Origin: Octopus bimaculoides
Taxonomy: Eukaryota
Reading direction: 5' to 3'
Assembly (NCBI RefSeq): GCF_001194135.2
Contig: NC_068995.1
Coordinates: 33,429,218 to 33,493,217, forward strand
DNA: 64,000 nt
Positions 39,279-51,694 of this stretch are shown piece after piece. Both the position numbers and the translations under genes were made by a program. Under the pieces are notes generated by a model. The model was not told where the DNA came from. It did not search any database and worked only from the letters and a program-made list of their open reading frames with translations. The number at the start of each line of letters is the position of its first letter. The stretch's first letter is position 1.

Positions 39279-40234
39279 GTTTAACGTCCGCTTTCCATGC
39301 TAGCATGGGTTGGAGGATTTGACTGAGGACTGGTGAAACTGGATGGCAACACCAGATCCATGGTATTTACACAATGTTCACTGGATTTACCTCAGGAATT
39401 CCTCAGTGCACATTGAGTATATAATAAATGATAGTGATGAAAAATAGGATATATGAGAAACCTTATTATTCACAACATTGTGAGCAATAAAGTTTCTCTT
39501 ATATTCCATTTTCCGTCTCTATCATTTGTTATACCTATATATCATCATCATCATCATCATCATCGTTTAACGTCCGCTTTCCATGCTAGCATGGGTTGGA
39601 CGATTTGACTGAGGACTGGTGCAACCGGATGGCTACACCAGGCTCCAATCTAATTTGGCAGAGTTTCTACAGCTGGATGCCCTTCCTAACGCCAACCAAT
39701 CAGAGAGTGTAGTGGGTGCTTTTACGTGTCACCCGCACAAAAACGGCCACGCTCGAAATGGTGTCTTTTATGTGCCACCCGCACAAGAGCCAGTCCAGGG
39801 GCACTGGCAACGATCTCGCTCGAAAACCCTACAAGGCCAGTCAGGCGGTACTGGCAAGAGTCACGCTCAGGATGGTACATCTTATGTGCCANNNNNNNNN
39901 NNNNNNNNNNNNNNNNNNNNNNNNNNNNNNNNNNNNNNNNNNNNNNNNNNNNNNNNNNNNNNNNNNNNNNNNNNNNNNNNNNNNNNNNNNNNNNNNNNNN
40001 NNNNNNNNNNNNNNNNNNNNNNNNNNNNNNNNNNNNNNNNNNNNNNNNNNNNNNNNNNNNNNNNNNNNNNNNNNNNNNNNNNNNNNNNNNNNNNNNNNNN
40101 NNNNNNNNNNNNNNNNNNNNNNNNNNNNNNNNNNNNNNNNNNNNNNNNNNNNNNNNNNNNNNNNNNNNNNNNNNNNNNNNNNNNNNNNNNNNNNNNNNNN
40201 NNNNNNNNNNNNNNNNNNNNNNNNNNNNNNNNNN

Positions 40235-40268
<34 letters not shown>

Positions 40269-41943
40269 TTTTCTTTTATTCTTTTACTTGTTTCAGTCAT
40301 TTGACTGTAGCCATCCTGGAGCACCACCTTAACAGGTTTTAGTCTAACAAATCGACACTAGGACTTATTCTTTGTAAGCCTGGTACTTATTCTATTGGTC
40401 TTTTCAGTTGAGCTGCTAAGTTACAGGGCATAAACACACCAACATCGGTTGCAAAGCAATTGTGGGGAGGCAACACACACATAAAGACACAGACACATAA
40501 ATATATACATACATATATATGCATATATGACGGGCTTCTTTCAGTTTCCGTCTGCCGAATCCACTCACAAGACTTTGGTCAGTCTGGGGTGATAGTCGAA
40601 GACACTTGTCCAAAGTGCCACGCAATGGGACTGAACCAGGAACCATGTGGTTAGGAAGGAAGCTTCTTACCACACAGACACACCCACACACACATCCTCT
40701 TCTTCATTCATCATCATTATCATTTTAACATCAGCTTTTCTTAGCTTGCATGGGTCAGATGGAATTTGTTAAGGCAAATTTTCTACAGCTGGCTACCCTT
40801 CCTGTCCGCAACCTCACTTATTTCCCAATAAGGTAGTATTTCCTCATGACTGGACATGTTTCCATGGAAGATTGAAAATGAACGATATCACTTGTATGAA
40901 TGTTGCCCCCATTTACACAGCTATCATGCAATGTCACATGGAGGAGGCAATAAACACTCACATGCATGTGTGCGCGCGCATGCGCACACACACGCACGCG
41001 TGCATACTTCTTAAATACAACAGGTTTCTTTCAGTTTCTGTCTACCAAATCCACTCCCAAGGCTATTGTTGGATTTAATCTGGAATTATGTATTAGATCA
41101 GATATTGAAACAATTCAATCACACACTTCCATATTCATTCTTACGCTAACATTAATATGTTAAACGTTTGCATTATAACTAACAGCAAATCTTTCCAGTA
41201 GTAACTGAAATTACTTGAAACTAGCAGAAGATTAATGGCAATATAAAAAGAAAGACTGATCATTCATGGATAGTATAGACATAAATAAAAGCAGAAAACA
41301 ATACACAGCAATAAAGTAATATTTTTAGAGGGTTTTAAATTAAGCAAGCACCAACAAGCTTCAATGTGTGGTGTTCTTCACAGTTCTTCTGTTTACACCA
41401 GATTGGCAGTGTTTCTTAGTTGAGGTTACAAATGTCTTACTGGCACATAATAAGAATCTGTCTTAAAACATTTTTGGCCTACATTGGGTGCATTATCTAG
41501 TGTATTCTGACAAGTTTTGGCCTGTTTTAGATGACAGGGCTCAATGGGTATTTACCTAAGTAAATGATATCTCTGTAATCTGTTTAACAAAGATAATATA
41601 ACGAATTATGTCTGAAGTCATAGCAGTAACATGTGAAAGTGATAGAGAATGTGTGTGTGTGTTTATATATATATGTGTGTGTGTGTATATATATATGTAT
41701 GTGAGTGTATATATATGTATGTGAGTGTATATATATGTATGTGAGTATATATATATATATGTATATATATATATGTATGTGTATGTGTATGTGTATATAT
41801 GTATGTATATATGTATGTGTATATATATATTTATAAATATAATTAAGAGATCAGCAAATATTTGCTTCACCATATACCGAAGTTCAGAAATAGCAGCTAA
41901 ATTGATAATCCTTTACCCTTTTAATTTGTAATTTATAATAATT

Positions 41944-41982
<39 letters not shown>

Positions 41983-43535
41983 ATGAGTGTGTATGTATAT
42001 ATTTATATATATGTATGTATATATTTATGTGTGTGTGTGTCTTTGTGTGTCTAAGTTTGTCCCCCTCGCCATCGCTTGATGACTGATGTTGGTGTGTTTA
42101 TGTCCCCATGGCTTAGTGGTTTGGCAAAAGAGTCCAATAGAATAAGTACTAGGCTTACAAAGAATAAATGCTGGGGTGATTTTTTTTTTAACTAAAGGTC
42201 CCTATAATGTGGTGCTCTAGCATGGCCACAGTCAAATGACTGAAACAAGTAAGGATAAAATAGAATAGGAGTATATATACACACACATACAGTTTATCTA
42301 TCTATCTACATATGTTTGTATACATATATTTGTGTGTGTATATCTATACATATAAATTTGACATGGACGATTCTTTCTTGTCTTGGGATTCACAGTCAAA
42401 CAGCTGGGTGGAACTGTGCAAAAAATTACACAGATGTGTAGAATGATCCGGTGGTGATGCTGGGCTTAGTATTTTTTTCATAGTTCCCATGGTTACCGAG
42501 ATAATCTACTATAATAATACTCTTGTGTTTATGAATGAGAAAGGAAGGGGTGATAAATAAATAAGGAAGAAAGGGGTGATGTCATAATTGGTAGTGGGAT
42601 GATGAAAATTGTATGCTGAAAAAATAAATCAAACAGCGTTTCAACTCTGTGTGAATATATGTGTGTGTATGTAAAAGGGGGGTATGTGAATGAGTGTGTG
42701 TGTGTGTGTGTGCATGTGTGTACGCAATGGAAGTGGGATGGTTCGTCTTNNNNNNNNNNNNNNNNNNNNNNNNNNNNNNNNNNNNNNNNNNNNNNNNNNN
42801 NNNNNNNNNNNNNNNNNNNNNNNNNNNNNNNNNNNNNNNNNNNNNNNNNNNNNNNNNNNNNNNNNNNNNNNNNNNNNNNNNNNNNNNNNNNNNNNNNNNN
42901 NNNNNNNNNNNNNNNNNNNNNNNNNNNNNNNNNNNNNNNNNNNNNNNNNNNNNNNNNNNNNNNNNNNNNNNNNNNNNNNNNNNNNNNNNNNNNNNNNNNN
43001 NNNNNNNNNNNNNNNNNNNNNNNNNNNNNNNNNNNNNNNNNNNNNNNNNNNNNNNNNNNNNNNNNNNNNNNNNNNNNNNNNNNNNNNNNNNNNNNNNNNN
43101 NNNNNNNNNNNNNNNNNNNNNNNNNNNNNNNNNNNNNNNNNNNNNNNNNNNNNNNNNNNNNNNNNNNNNNNNNNNNNNNNNNNNNNNNNNNNNNNNNNNN
43201 NNNNNNNNNNNNNNNNNNNNNNNNNNNNNNNNNNNNNNNNNNNNNNNNNNNNNNNNNNNNNNNNNNNNNNNNNNNNNNNNNNNNNNNNNNNNNNNNNNNN
43301 NNNNNNNNNNNNNNNNNNNNNNNNNNNNNNNNNNNNNNNNNNNNNNNNNNNNNNNNNNNNNNNNNNNNNNNNNNNNNNNNNNNNNNNNNNNNNNNNNNNN
43401 NNNNNNNNNNNNNNNNNNNNNNNNNNNNNNNNNNNNNNNNNNNNNNNNNNNNNNNNNNNNNNNNNNNNNNNNNNNNNNNNNNNNNNNNNNNNNNNNNNNN
43501 NNNNNNNNNNNNNNNNNNNNNNNNNNNNNNNNNNN

Positions 43536-43574
<39 letters not shown>

Positions 43575-43944
43575 AAGAAAATAGAAGGAAATGAATTTCC
43601 TATACAGAACAATAAGTTAGCGCTCAGTAAATAGAGCTAAGAGAATATAGAGTAATGTAGGTTTCAAAGAAAAGGCAACTTTTGAGATATTGGCAATCAA
43701 AAAACTGATTATTTTCCTCAATATATTTTTCAAAAGATACAATTTATCATATGAAATATATAATATATAAATATAAAATATATATCCGTATGAAATCGCC
43801 TGATATTGTAAATCCGTTCTAAAACATAAAAAGGTTGACGGTTAAATGTACATGGTCAATGCATTGCAAAATCAAAAATATTAAAAAGATGCATGAGTAG
43901 CTCAAAAAAGTGAATACTTAAGTTCAGAGATTAAATTTATACAT

Positions 43945-44031
43945 ATTCTACGGCTGTTTCCGGAAAGGTATTTCACAATGGGTGAACTATTTGTACCCAT
44001 CTCGAATATATACATTTCCTTCATCAGGGAT
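43945..44031 (-). ncRNA. Type-I hammerhead ribozyme motif (family C, extended stem II)
   Basis: Minus strand CUGAUGA(44027-21)-A-GGAAA.U.GUAU...AUGGGU/ACCCAU...AUAC.C.UUUCC-G-GAAA-C-AGCC-GUA/GAAU. Core intact; stem I weak with one mismatch. Confidence 0.65.
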
Positions 44032-44059
44032 TACTTGAAAAGTTTAAAAAATTATTTGA

Positions 44060-45030
44060 GATTTTAAAAGACTTCATACTTGGACCAGGAATACTATGTT
44101 GCAATAAAAATTTATTCAGATAACTAAAATAAATTCTAAAATGAAGGTTAGATATACTACAAATCTTACAATAAAATGATGCATTTACCACTATTCTAAA
44201 ACATATTGGGGATAAAAGGTCAGAATTTATGGCTATACTTTAATGAGAAAAAAATTTTAAAGTTGAAAAATACCTATGTTTACAAAATATTAAAGCATTT
44301 GAAATCTTATTTGATAATATTTTTCTACTTGTACGAAGTATATTAATGGATTCTTTAGTGCATAATCTACATATTCTAGTGTGTGTATTATATGGAGTAG
44401 TTGGAGTAATTATTGACCAATCCAGATTAAATTGTTTATTTTGTGCTTTTAAATTATCTGTGTCCCCTGTGCTTTTAAATTATCTATTCCCCCTGTATCT
44501 AGTTTTAAAATCTATTGTGCTCCTTATGTAGATTTTCTTGGGTTCTTTTGAGGTACTTCACACCTGCAAACTACGTTTTTATTTTTCAAACAGGACCCTT
44601 TTGATGGGCAAAATTCTGGATATCAGCAATTATAAGTTTTTTTTATGGAATTCAGATTACTACTCTCCTGATTACATTAAAGCAGGGTTATATAGGTATG
44701 ATGCATTATTTGCATTAACTGGCTCCTCTTTGCAAACTGTGCAACGAGTGACAGTTTCAAGAATCACTGGAGAAACCGCACTTTATCATTTAGGAACATC
44801 TGCAAAAGACAATGCACATCACTCACTGACCTAATTTGGTACCTCAAAGAGAAAAAGATACAATACAGCATGACTTGGTTGGTGATATGAAATGTACTCC
44901 TATATAATGCATACTCAAAAGTGTGTAACCTTTGCTTGGAAGAAACACTAGACATAATATTATGCAAAGATAACATCATTAACAAGCACTCTGAAATTGT
45001 TCTAACGTAGCCATAAACTTAAAAACTCGA
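44060..45030 (+). pseudogene. Penelope-like element C-terminal GIY-YIG endonuclease remnant
   Basis: 44720-45010 reads SFKNHWRNRTLSFRNICKRQCTSLTDLIWYLKEKKIQYSMTW..I*..Y...SKVCNLCLEETLDIILCKDNIINKHSEI, matching the PLE pattern FKxRWxNH..SF...LS..IW.LK...CxLCLxEK...LLNKRSE. Confidence 0.75.
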
Positions 45031-45439
45031 TTTGGGAATTTGGAAGAGACCTGTGATATTTAACATTAACTTGATCATTTATTTACTAAGAAATGTACTT
45101 ATTGAGGGTTTTTATTATCATTATTAGTATGAGAAAATTGTTGTTTACCTAAATTATGTAATTTCATAATAATTTGTATAAAGTTATTTGGTTAAAAGTG
45201 AAACAACCACTGGATAGATCTATTTACCATGATGTACTGATATATATGCACTTGCAAAACCTGATCATAATAATGAAATTATTGTGTATAGTGCTCATGT
45301 GCACTACAACTCATCAAAGGTGCATGTATAGTACATAGAATTATGTACAAAAGTCAGAAAAGTGAACACTGTATGAGTCATGATATAAATATGTGCATGC
45401 GTATGGATGCGGCTGGGGGGGGGGTATCAGATGTAGTGT

Positions 45440-45836
45440 TGGCAAATTTCAGGTAGCATGAAGATTTTAAAAGATGCAATGTCTCAGCAACTAACAACTG
45501 ATGCAGATAGTTTGTTCCATGTTTCAGCGCCTCTGAGTGTGAAAAAATGTTTCCGAAAGTCATAGGAGCTGTGCTGTTTTCTGACTTTGTAGGCATGCCC
45601 ATGTGTGTTAGACACATAAATCTCAAAAAGGTGCTCAAAGTGGTTGTTAGCACAGTGGTTAATAATTTTGTGGGTATTTACCAAGTCAGTTGCCAGATGT
45701 CGGAGCTTCAATGTATCTATGCCCAGGGAAACAAGGCATTCAGAGTATGGTAGATGCCTGATGGAGGGTATTTGCTTGGTTGCACATCTCTGAACAGTTT
45801 CCAGGTGGTCAATATCCTGAGCAAGATAGGGGTTGG
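45440..45836 (-). mobile_element. CR1/L2-type LINE 3' fragment, cut by a SINE
   Basis: HLETVQRCATKQIPSIRHLPYSECLVSLGIDTLKLRHLATDLVNTHKII...HGHAYKV...RKHFFTLRGAETWNKL matches the CR1 ORF2 C-terminus. Confidence 0.85.
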
Positions 45837-45842
45837 AATACT

Positions 45843-46238
45843 CTCTCTTTACTCTTTTACTTGTTTCAGTCATTTGACTGTGGCCATGCTGGAGCACCAC
45901 CTTTAGTCAAAGAAATCGACTCCAGGACTTACTCTTTGTAAGCCTAGTACTTATTCTATCGATCTCTTTTGCTGAACCGCTAAGTTACAGGGACGTAAAC
46001 ACACCAGCATCAGTTGTCAAGTGATGCTGGGGGACAAACACAGACACACGAACATATACACGCACATACATATATACGACAGGCTTCTTTCAGTTTCCGT
46101 CTACCAAATCCACTCACAAGGCTTTGGTTGGCCCAAGGCTATAGTAGAAGACACTTGCCCAAGGTGCCACGCAGTGGGACTGAACCCGGAACCCTGTGGT
46201 TGGTAAGCAAGCTACTTACCACACAGCCACTCCTGCAC
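45843..46238 (-). mobile_element. Full-length tRNA-derived Octopus-type SINE; partial or diverged copies at about 6883-7140, 7688-7850, 12070-12215, 13995-14360, 19015-19200, 22320-22425, 40270-40680, 42040-42260, 57340-57490, 63900-64000
   Basis: Pol III-like A box TGGCTGTGTGG and B box GGTTCAGTCCC, central (TA/TG)n tract, 3' ...cagtcaaatgactgaaacaagtaaaagag tail shared among copies. Confidence 0.85.
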
Positions 46239-46764
46239 CTTGAATATTTCATGCATTTTTATAATAATTTTATTACATGTGAATGGACATATCACGATAT
46301 ATAGAACTTAGTAGGTTAGAAAGAACAAACCTAATAAGGTTACCCCAAAGTATTATATTTCTTTTTTTTGAGTATAAATTCCAAATTCCAAATGAATGGA
46401 TATAAATATGGAAAAAGGTATTTATATACATGTGTATTTGAAGTCTTATGAGTAGCATGTAAAGATACATATTCATGAGAGTGAAAAATAGTGTATGTTT
46501 AGATAGATATAGATATATACATACATTAGTGTTAAATAAATGAATATCATGTAATGTATAATGGTGTATAAAAGTAAATCTTGGTTTAATAGCCTCTGTT
46601 AATAACTTGTAAAGCAGCTATGACAAAGTCTGGTGCCAGTAATGCAATGCAGCCAAAATTAAATCTGTAAGCAGACATTTTTGGTCTCCTGATATGCTAA
46701 GGAAGTGACCATATGCCATCGATTTCCTTTGGAGTGGAATGGTAGTAGACATAAGAGACAAGTA

Positions 46765-48556
46765 TCAGGTCATCCCATAAGTTCTGTCCGAATTTTGAAT
46801 AAAGAAAACAAGCGATCAAATCATCATCATCATCATCGTCGTTTAACGTCCGCTTTCCATGCTAGCATGGGTTGGACGATTTGACTGAGGACTGGTGAAA
46901 CCGGATGGCAACACCAGGCTCCAATCCAATTTGGCAGAGTTTCTACAGCTGGATAATTGAAATTTAATCATCAATGTACTTTCCCTGATCATCTATAACT
47001 TCCATCCATCTATTTACAAGCTTTTTAATCCCATCAATGTAAAACTCTTTTGGTTTCAAACCGAAGAACTCTGAAATGTCAGTTTCGACTTCAACTTGGC
47101 TTGCAAAAGTTATGTCCCCCAAATGAATCTGTAAACTACAAAACAAATGGTAGTCTGAAGGAGCAAGGTTGGGAGAATAAGGTGGATGAGGAATTTTTTC
47201 CCAACCAAGCTCTTCAATCATCTGTAATGTGATCTTTGCAGTGTGGGGTTGTCCTGATGAAACATCACTCCTTTTTGATTCACTTAAGTGGGTCTTTTTT
47301 TCTTCAAAGCTTGGTTCAAATGCTCTAGTTGCTGACAGTAGACTTGAGCATTGATTGTTGCATTAGGTGGTATCCCACCAGATATAGAGAAGAAACTTTT
47401 TCCCATGAAGTTCCCTTCTTGGTTGTGGTTGAGCTTTTTCCCTTTTACCAAGACACTGTTTATGACGTTTAACATTTCGATAGAAGTTCCATTTTTCGTC
47501 ACCAGTCACAAGTCTATCCAAAAAGGGTGAAATGAGTTCACGAGAATGGAGAGAAGAACAGATGTCAACTCAGGATTTGCGGTTGCTTTCGAACAATTCA
47601 TGAGGCTCCCATTTTCCAAGTTTAGGAACCTTTCCAAGTTATTGAAGATGATGATGAACAGTTGTATGGTTTGAACTAAGCTTTATTGCCAATTCTTCAA
47701 CTGATAATGCAGGGTTTTCTTCAAGTAATGCCTCAAGGAGCTTACCATCAAACTCAACTGGATGTCCTGTTTGATCTTCATCTTCAAGGCTGAAATCTCC
47801 ACTTATGAATTTTGCAAACCATCAAAGGCCCACGGAATGTGGATATTCTGTATCCCTCTACCATAACACGTATGTGAACCACTTCCTTACAGACAGTTGG
47901 TCGCATAGATCAATTATGGAAAATTTGAAGATTTCAAATCCTACCTCAGCTGATTGGAGTTCTGTTCGGAAGTTTGTCAGCATCGGGTGGAGAATCACCA
48001 AGATCAGATCGGTGGGACAGGAGGCGAAGTGAAAATTGATGAGACGGTTATCGTAAAGAGAAAATATGATCGTAGAAGACTTGTAAAAACTATCTGGCTT
48101 TTTGGTGGAATAGAATGAGAAACCGAAAAGAAATTTTTGATACCTCTTGGAACATTCACGATGTGAATTTTCCGAGTCCTCTCCCCCACCCCCCTTTTGC
48201 GAGCGTGCATTTTTTTTTCATATTTGTTTAGAGCAAGTTGTTTTACACTTATTACACTATTTTTCTTTTGTTTTTTTTGTTCGGGTCAAACGCTTTAGTT
48301 TAACCAAACTGAGTGTATGTTTTGAGTCGATTTGGCTGCAGAGTTTCCTTTTTCATACTTATAAAGCATTATGTGCCTCAAATGCTCTTTGGATACTTCC
48401 ATGTTAAAAAGGGTTTTAATCAAAGAAATTTTAATTCTATTATTCTGTAAAATGATATTTAATTAGTTTAAATGTACACAAAGGCATAAAAATACTATTA
48501 AATTTCATTCAATTTTAAAAAAGGTAAAATCAGACAGAACTTATGGGACGACCTGA
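46765..48556 (-). mobile_element. Mariner element with two nested insertions (RTE tail, Merlin fragment)
   Basis: TIRs TCAGGTCATCCCATAAGTTCTGTC / GACAGAACTTATGGGACGACCTGA with TA TSDs. Minus-strand MEVSKEHLRHIMLY, VTGDEKW, FHQDN, YSPNLAPSDYHLF. Confidence 0.9.
47824..48305 (+). mobile_element. Merlin (IS1595/ISXO2-like DDE) transposon fragment with one terminus, nested in mariner
   Basis: Translates to ...ADW.S..REVC-like, QIGGTGGEVKIDETVIVKRKYDRRRLVKTIWLFGGIE*ET, the Merlin IGGxGxxVEIDES...KRKYNRGR...WVFGGIER motif. Putative TIR ...CGCTTTAGTTTAACC ends at 48305. Confidence 0.8.
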
Positions 48557-51482
48557 TAATTGGTTCAGGTCTATCATTTTATGACATTATTATATTAGAA
48601 TGGTTGTTTATTTTTCAAAAAGCTGAGACAAATCTGTAGCAAAGGATGGAGTGAATAAGGGTTTTTTGAATTTTTTTATTTCCAATAATTTATTTTTGGT
48701 ATTTTTTCACATCTGTATCTCTTTGTATTTCTGTGTTCTCCTTTGTCAATGGAATGCTAAAAATAGTAGAATGCTGTGGGTTTAAAACAAAGAGAAACTA
48801 AAGATGAACCAGCAGTTCTTTGGACCTTACTCACCTGAAGATGTGCATGTATACAGCTATTGTTGGACACTATTAATGCAATAATATGCATAATATATGT
48901 AACATTCAGCAATTAAACGGTGATACTGATGAACCAAAACAATTGTAATGATTTACTATAAAGCCTGTTCATTCTATCTTCTTTCTCATATTAAAATTCT
49001 TTTATATATTTATGAAATCTTTGCTTACATATTTGTTAAAAATTTGCTGAAAGCAAAAGCTGTGATAGTGTGCAGAGTCTGGAAATATCTACTTCTGTAA
49101 TACAATATTATTTTCATATACATCAATATCCAGCTTTGATACAGCTCACTGCACATGAAGTCAAAATGATGTTGTTCATCAGTGTTTGATCTTGCTTATC
49201 AGCAAGGTTCTCAGTACTTTATAAGAACCTTGATAACATATTTACAGGTCGATGTGTGTTCAGACTCCTGCATTAATGTTTGTGGACCATGATGAAGGTG
49301 AACTAATGTGATGTCAGTTGGAACAATATTTCTTAGTTTTCTGTTTCCTTCTTTTATTACAAGACTTTCAAATAAATTATGCTATTTCAGTGATGTGTTC
49401 TATGCAATGTCTTTCCCAGCTGTTGTGCATGATAAATTGATTTCAAATGTCTTTTCAATAAGGCCTTTGTAAATTATAGAATTTTAACATCTTTTATATT
49501 GATTGATATATTTGATTTTACTTCTGGGGCCAGTGTAATTGACTTAACCCCTCCCCTGAAATTACTGGCCTTGTAGCAAAATTTGAAACCAGCATATATT
49601 ATACCTAATGGCTATATTTAGCACAAGTATTAATTCTTTAAATTTAGTGCAGTATACATATTGATTTCAAATTTTGGCATAAGGCCAGCGATTTTGTGAG
49701 AGGTGGTTAAGTCATTACATCAACTTCAGTACTCAACTGGTATTTAATTTACAGGCTCCAAAAGGATGAAAGACAAAATGGAGCTCAGCAGAATTCAAAC
49801 TCAGTGTGAAAACAAATGAAATGCCACTAAGCATTTCACTCGGCAAGCTGATTCTGCCAGTACAGTATATATATCAACAAATATTTTTATTTGTAAAGGT
49901 GCAAATAAAAAACTCTAGTAAATATTAAATTTAATTAGCTATTAGCAACAGAAGTAACCTTTGTAACAAATATTAATTTGCACATCCTTAATTTAGATTA
50001 ACTTACATGTGTTGTTTCAAACAATGTAAGCTGCAGTAATCATCTTGAGACTTGGGAAATCATCCTGTATAGATGCTGAGTGCAAAAAAGGACAGATTAT
50101 ATATCATGTGTTTAAAACAAGTTAAGTTGGATGTGCAAATTAATAATAAATCTAAAGTTATTTTTTTACTGATTTGTCTTTTCCATTGCTTCTATCAATC
50201 ATTATAATCTTCAGTTTGGTGTCCATTTTTCCATGCTAGCAGATGTTGCAAACATTTCTAAGATGATAGCCCAGCTTTCCATATATTCTTTTCAGCATCA
50301 TTTTGCTTCATTAGGTTCGATATTTTCAGTTCTACTCAAACTGTTTTTCAAGTTTTTTTAATTCTATGTAACCTATACTGGATTTGTTGAGACAGGGGCT
50401 GGCATTTATGGCTACAAGATATGTATAAGGTTTAATTGAAAGATTTTTACCAGTCATGCATTTCCTGTTATCAAATACAATGATAACAAATATATATTTC
50501 CATTAATAGAAATTAGACAATTATTGGTGACATCATTTCTGACTGATTATCTGTTTAGATGTGCTGTGGTACATGAAGTGTTGTGTTAAACAGTTCTACT
50601 TTGGTAAACTCAAAGCATTGAGACAGCTTTCATAAGACTGGAAGCAGTCCATAGAGCCAAATTACGGACATACAGATATAAGCTATCTAGCATACCACTT
50701 TACAGCAAATTTCTTTGTCTGTAGCGTATTTAGAAAGGAAGGCAATGAAGGAACCACTTGCCCTGAGCATATTTTTACAAAAGTGGTGCCTTTTCAACAG
50801 TTTTTTTTCTAACTCTTTAGTTCACTTGCACAATAAAAGTTGAATCTCATGATTTTTTTATTGCTCTTTTATTGCATGACCTATGCCTTGAAAGAACTTT
50901 CTAAACCCACTCCTATAGTCGACAAGGCACCTAGTGTTTAGAACTTTTTATTCAATCTCCTTCTATTACGTGTTGATAGCTGCTGGCATCTGGAAAACCA
51001 AAAGAAACCATGACATCACAACCTCCTCTCTGATTCTGGATGACCCCATGGAGTGTCATCTTCGTGTCACAAGCCACAACACTAGTAATTACACAACCCT
51101 CAAATCATTTTCATTATTCTGCTACAAGGATATCAGGACTAACACCAACCACCTTACAAATTAAAATACATAGTTATGTTGCAAACGATCAATTAATTAA
51201 AGAGCTATTAACAACATTGTATTGCAACCTTATTATAATAATACAGTCCTGGGTTATTGTTGCACACATTTTAATGGAATTAATGAGTTAGGTAAAATAG
51301 GCTTCTTTTGATTCTGCGTAAGGTGAATTTTAGATTTAGTTGACTGAATAAGATCCAGTATAATTGGTACTTTTCTGCTGAAGGTCTCAAACAATGAAAT
51401 TTGCCAGATGAATCCTTCATGGATCAGAATTAAGAATGTGTAGGTATGGAACCATTCAGATATTTACACTAACATGTTGCTA

Positions 51483-51694
51483 TGAGGAGGTGTTGAAAAG
51501 ATCCTGGCTTTGAGTAAAAGAAAATACAAGAGAATCAGTTAATTATGATTTCATTCAACATATTCACCTCTCAGATTCACACATTCACTATTGTGCTCCT
51601 TCAGTTTTTCTGAAGTAAAAGAACTTGGAAGGTTGGGCTTCCAGTAGGCCTTTTGCGATACCCTTAAAGCCAGGAACTTTCCAGCACTCCCTCA
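51483..51694. mobile_element. Tc1/mariner-type MITE, 212 bp
   Basis: Imperfect TIRs TGAGGAGGTGTTGAAAAGATCCTGGCTTT / AAAGCCAGGAACTTTCCAGCACTCCCTCA with TA TSDs. Confidence 0.75.

Larger units (their letters stand above)
487..43571. repeat. Numerous microsatellites, many flanking N gaps: (TA)n/(TG)n 487-556, (CA)n 6180-6530, 11557-11607, 12960-13045, (CAT)n 24345-24408, mixed 41650-42040, (TA)n 43537-43571
   Basis: Directly visible in the sequence. Confidence 0.95.
8836..46954. mobile_element. Other copies of the same RTE 3' end: 8836-9145(-), 20517-20872(-, older), 28985-29587(+, older), 34421-34585(+), 39246-39360(-), 39543-39891(-), 46822-46954(-); older RT-bearing pieces at about 5940-6145 and 60240-61140 (-)
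   Basis: Shared catcatcgtttaacgtccgctttccatgctagcatgggttggacg block and aggaagggcatccagctgtagaaa motif. The 34421 copy is flanked by an ATTCT duplication. Confidence 0.85.

Noticed and set aside
6059-43634. Long ORFs in the supplied track (150-370 aa) rich in X, CV, HT or YI
   Set aside because: They are artefacts of N gaps and dinucleotide microsatellites, not coding sequence.
45843-46238. tRNA gene suggested by A and B boxes
   Set aside because: The head continues into SINE body and tail and is present in many diverged copies; it is a SINE, not a tRNA.
48834-48910. CTGAAGA followed by a possible stem
   Set aside because: No downstream GAAA or cleavage triplet in register.
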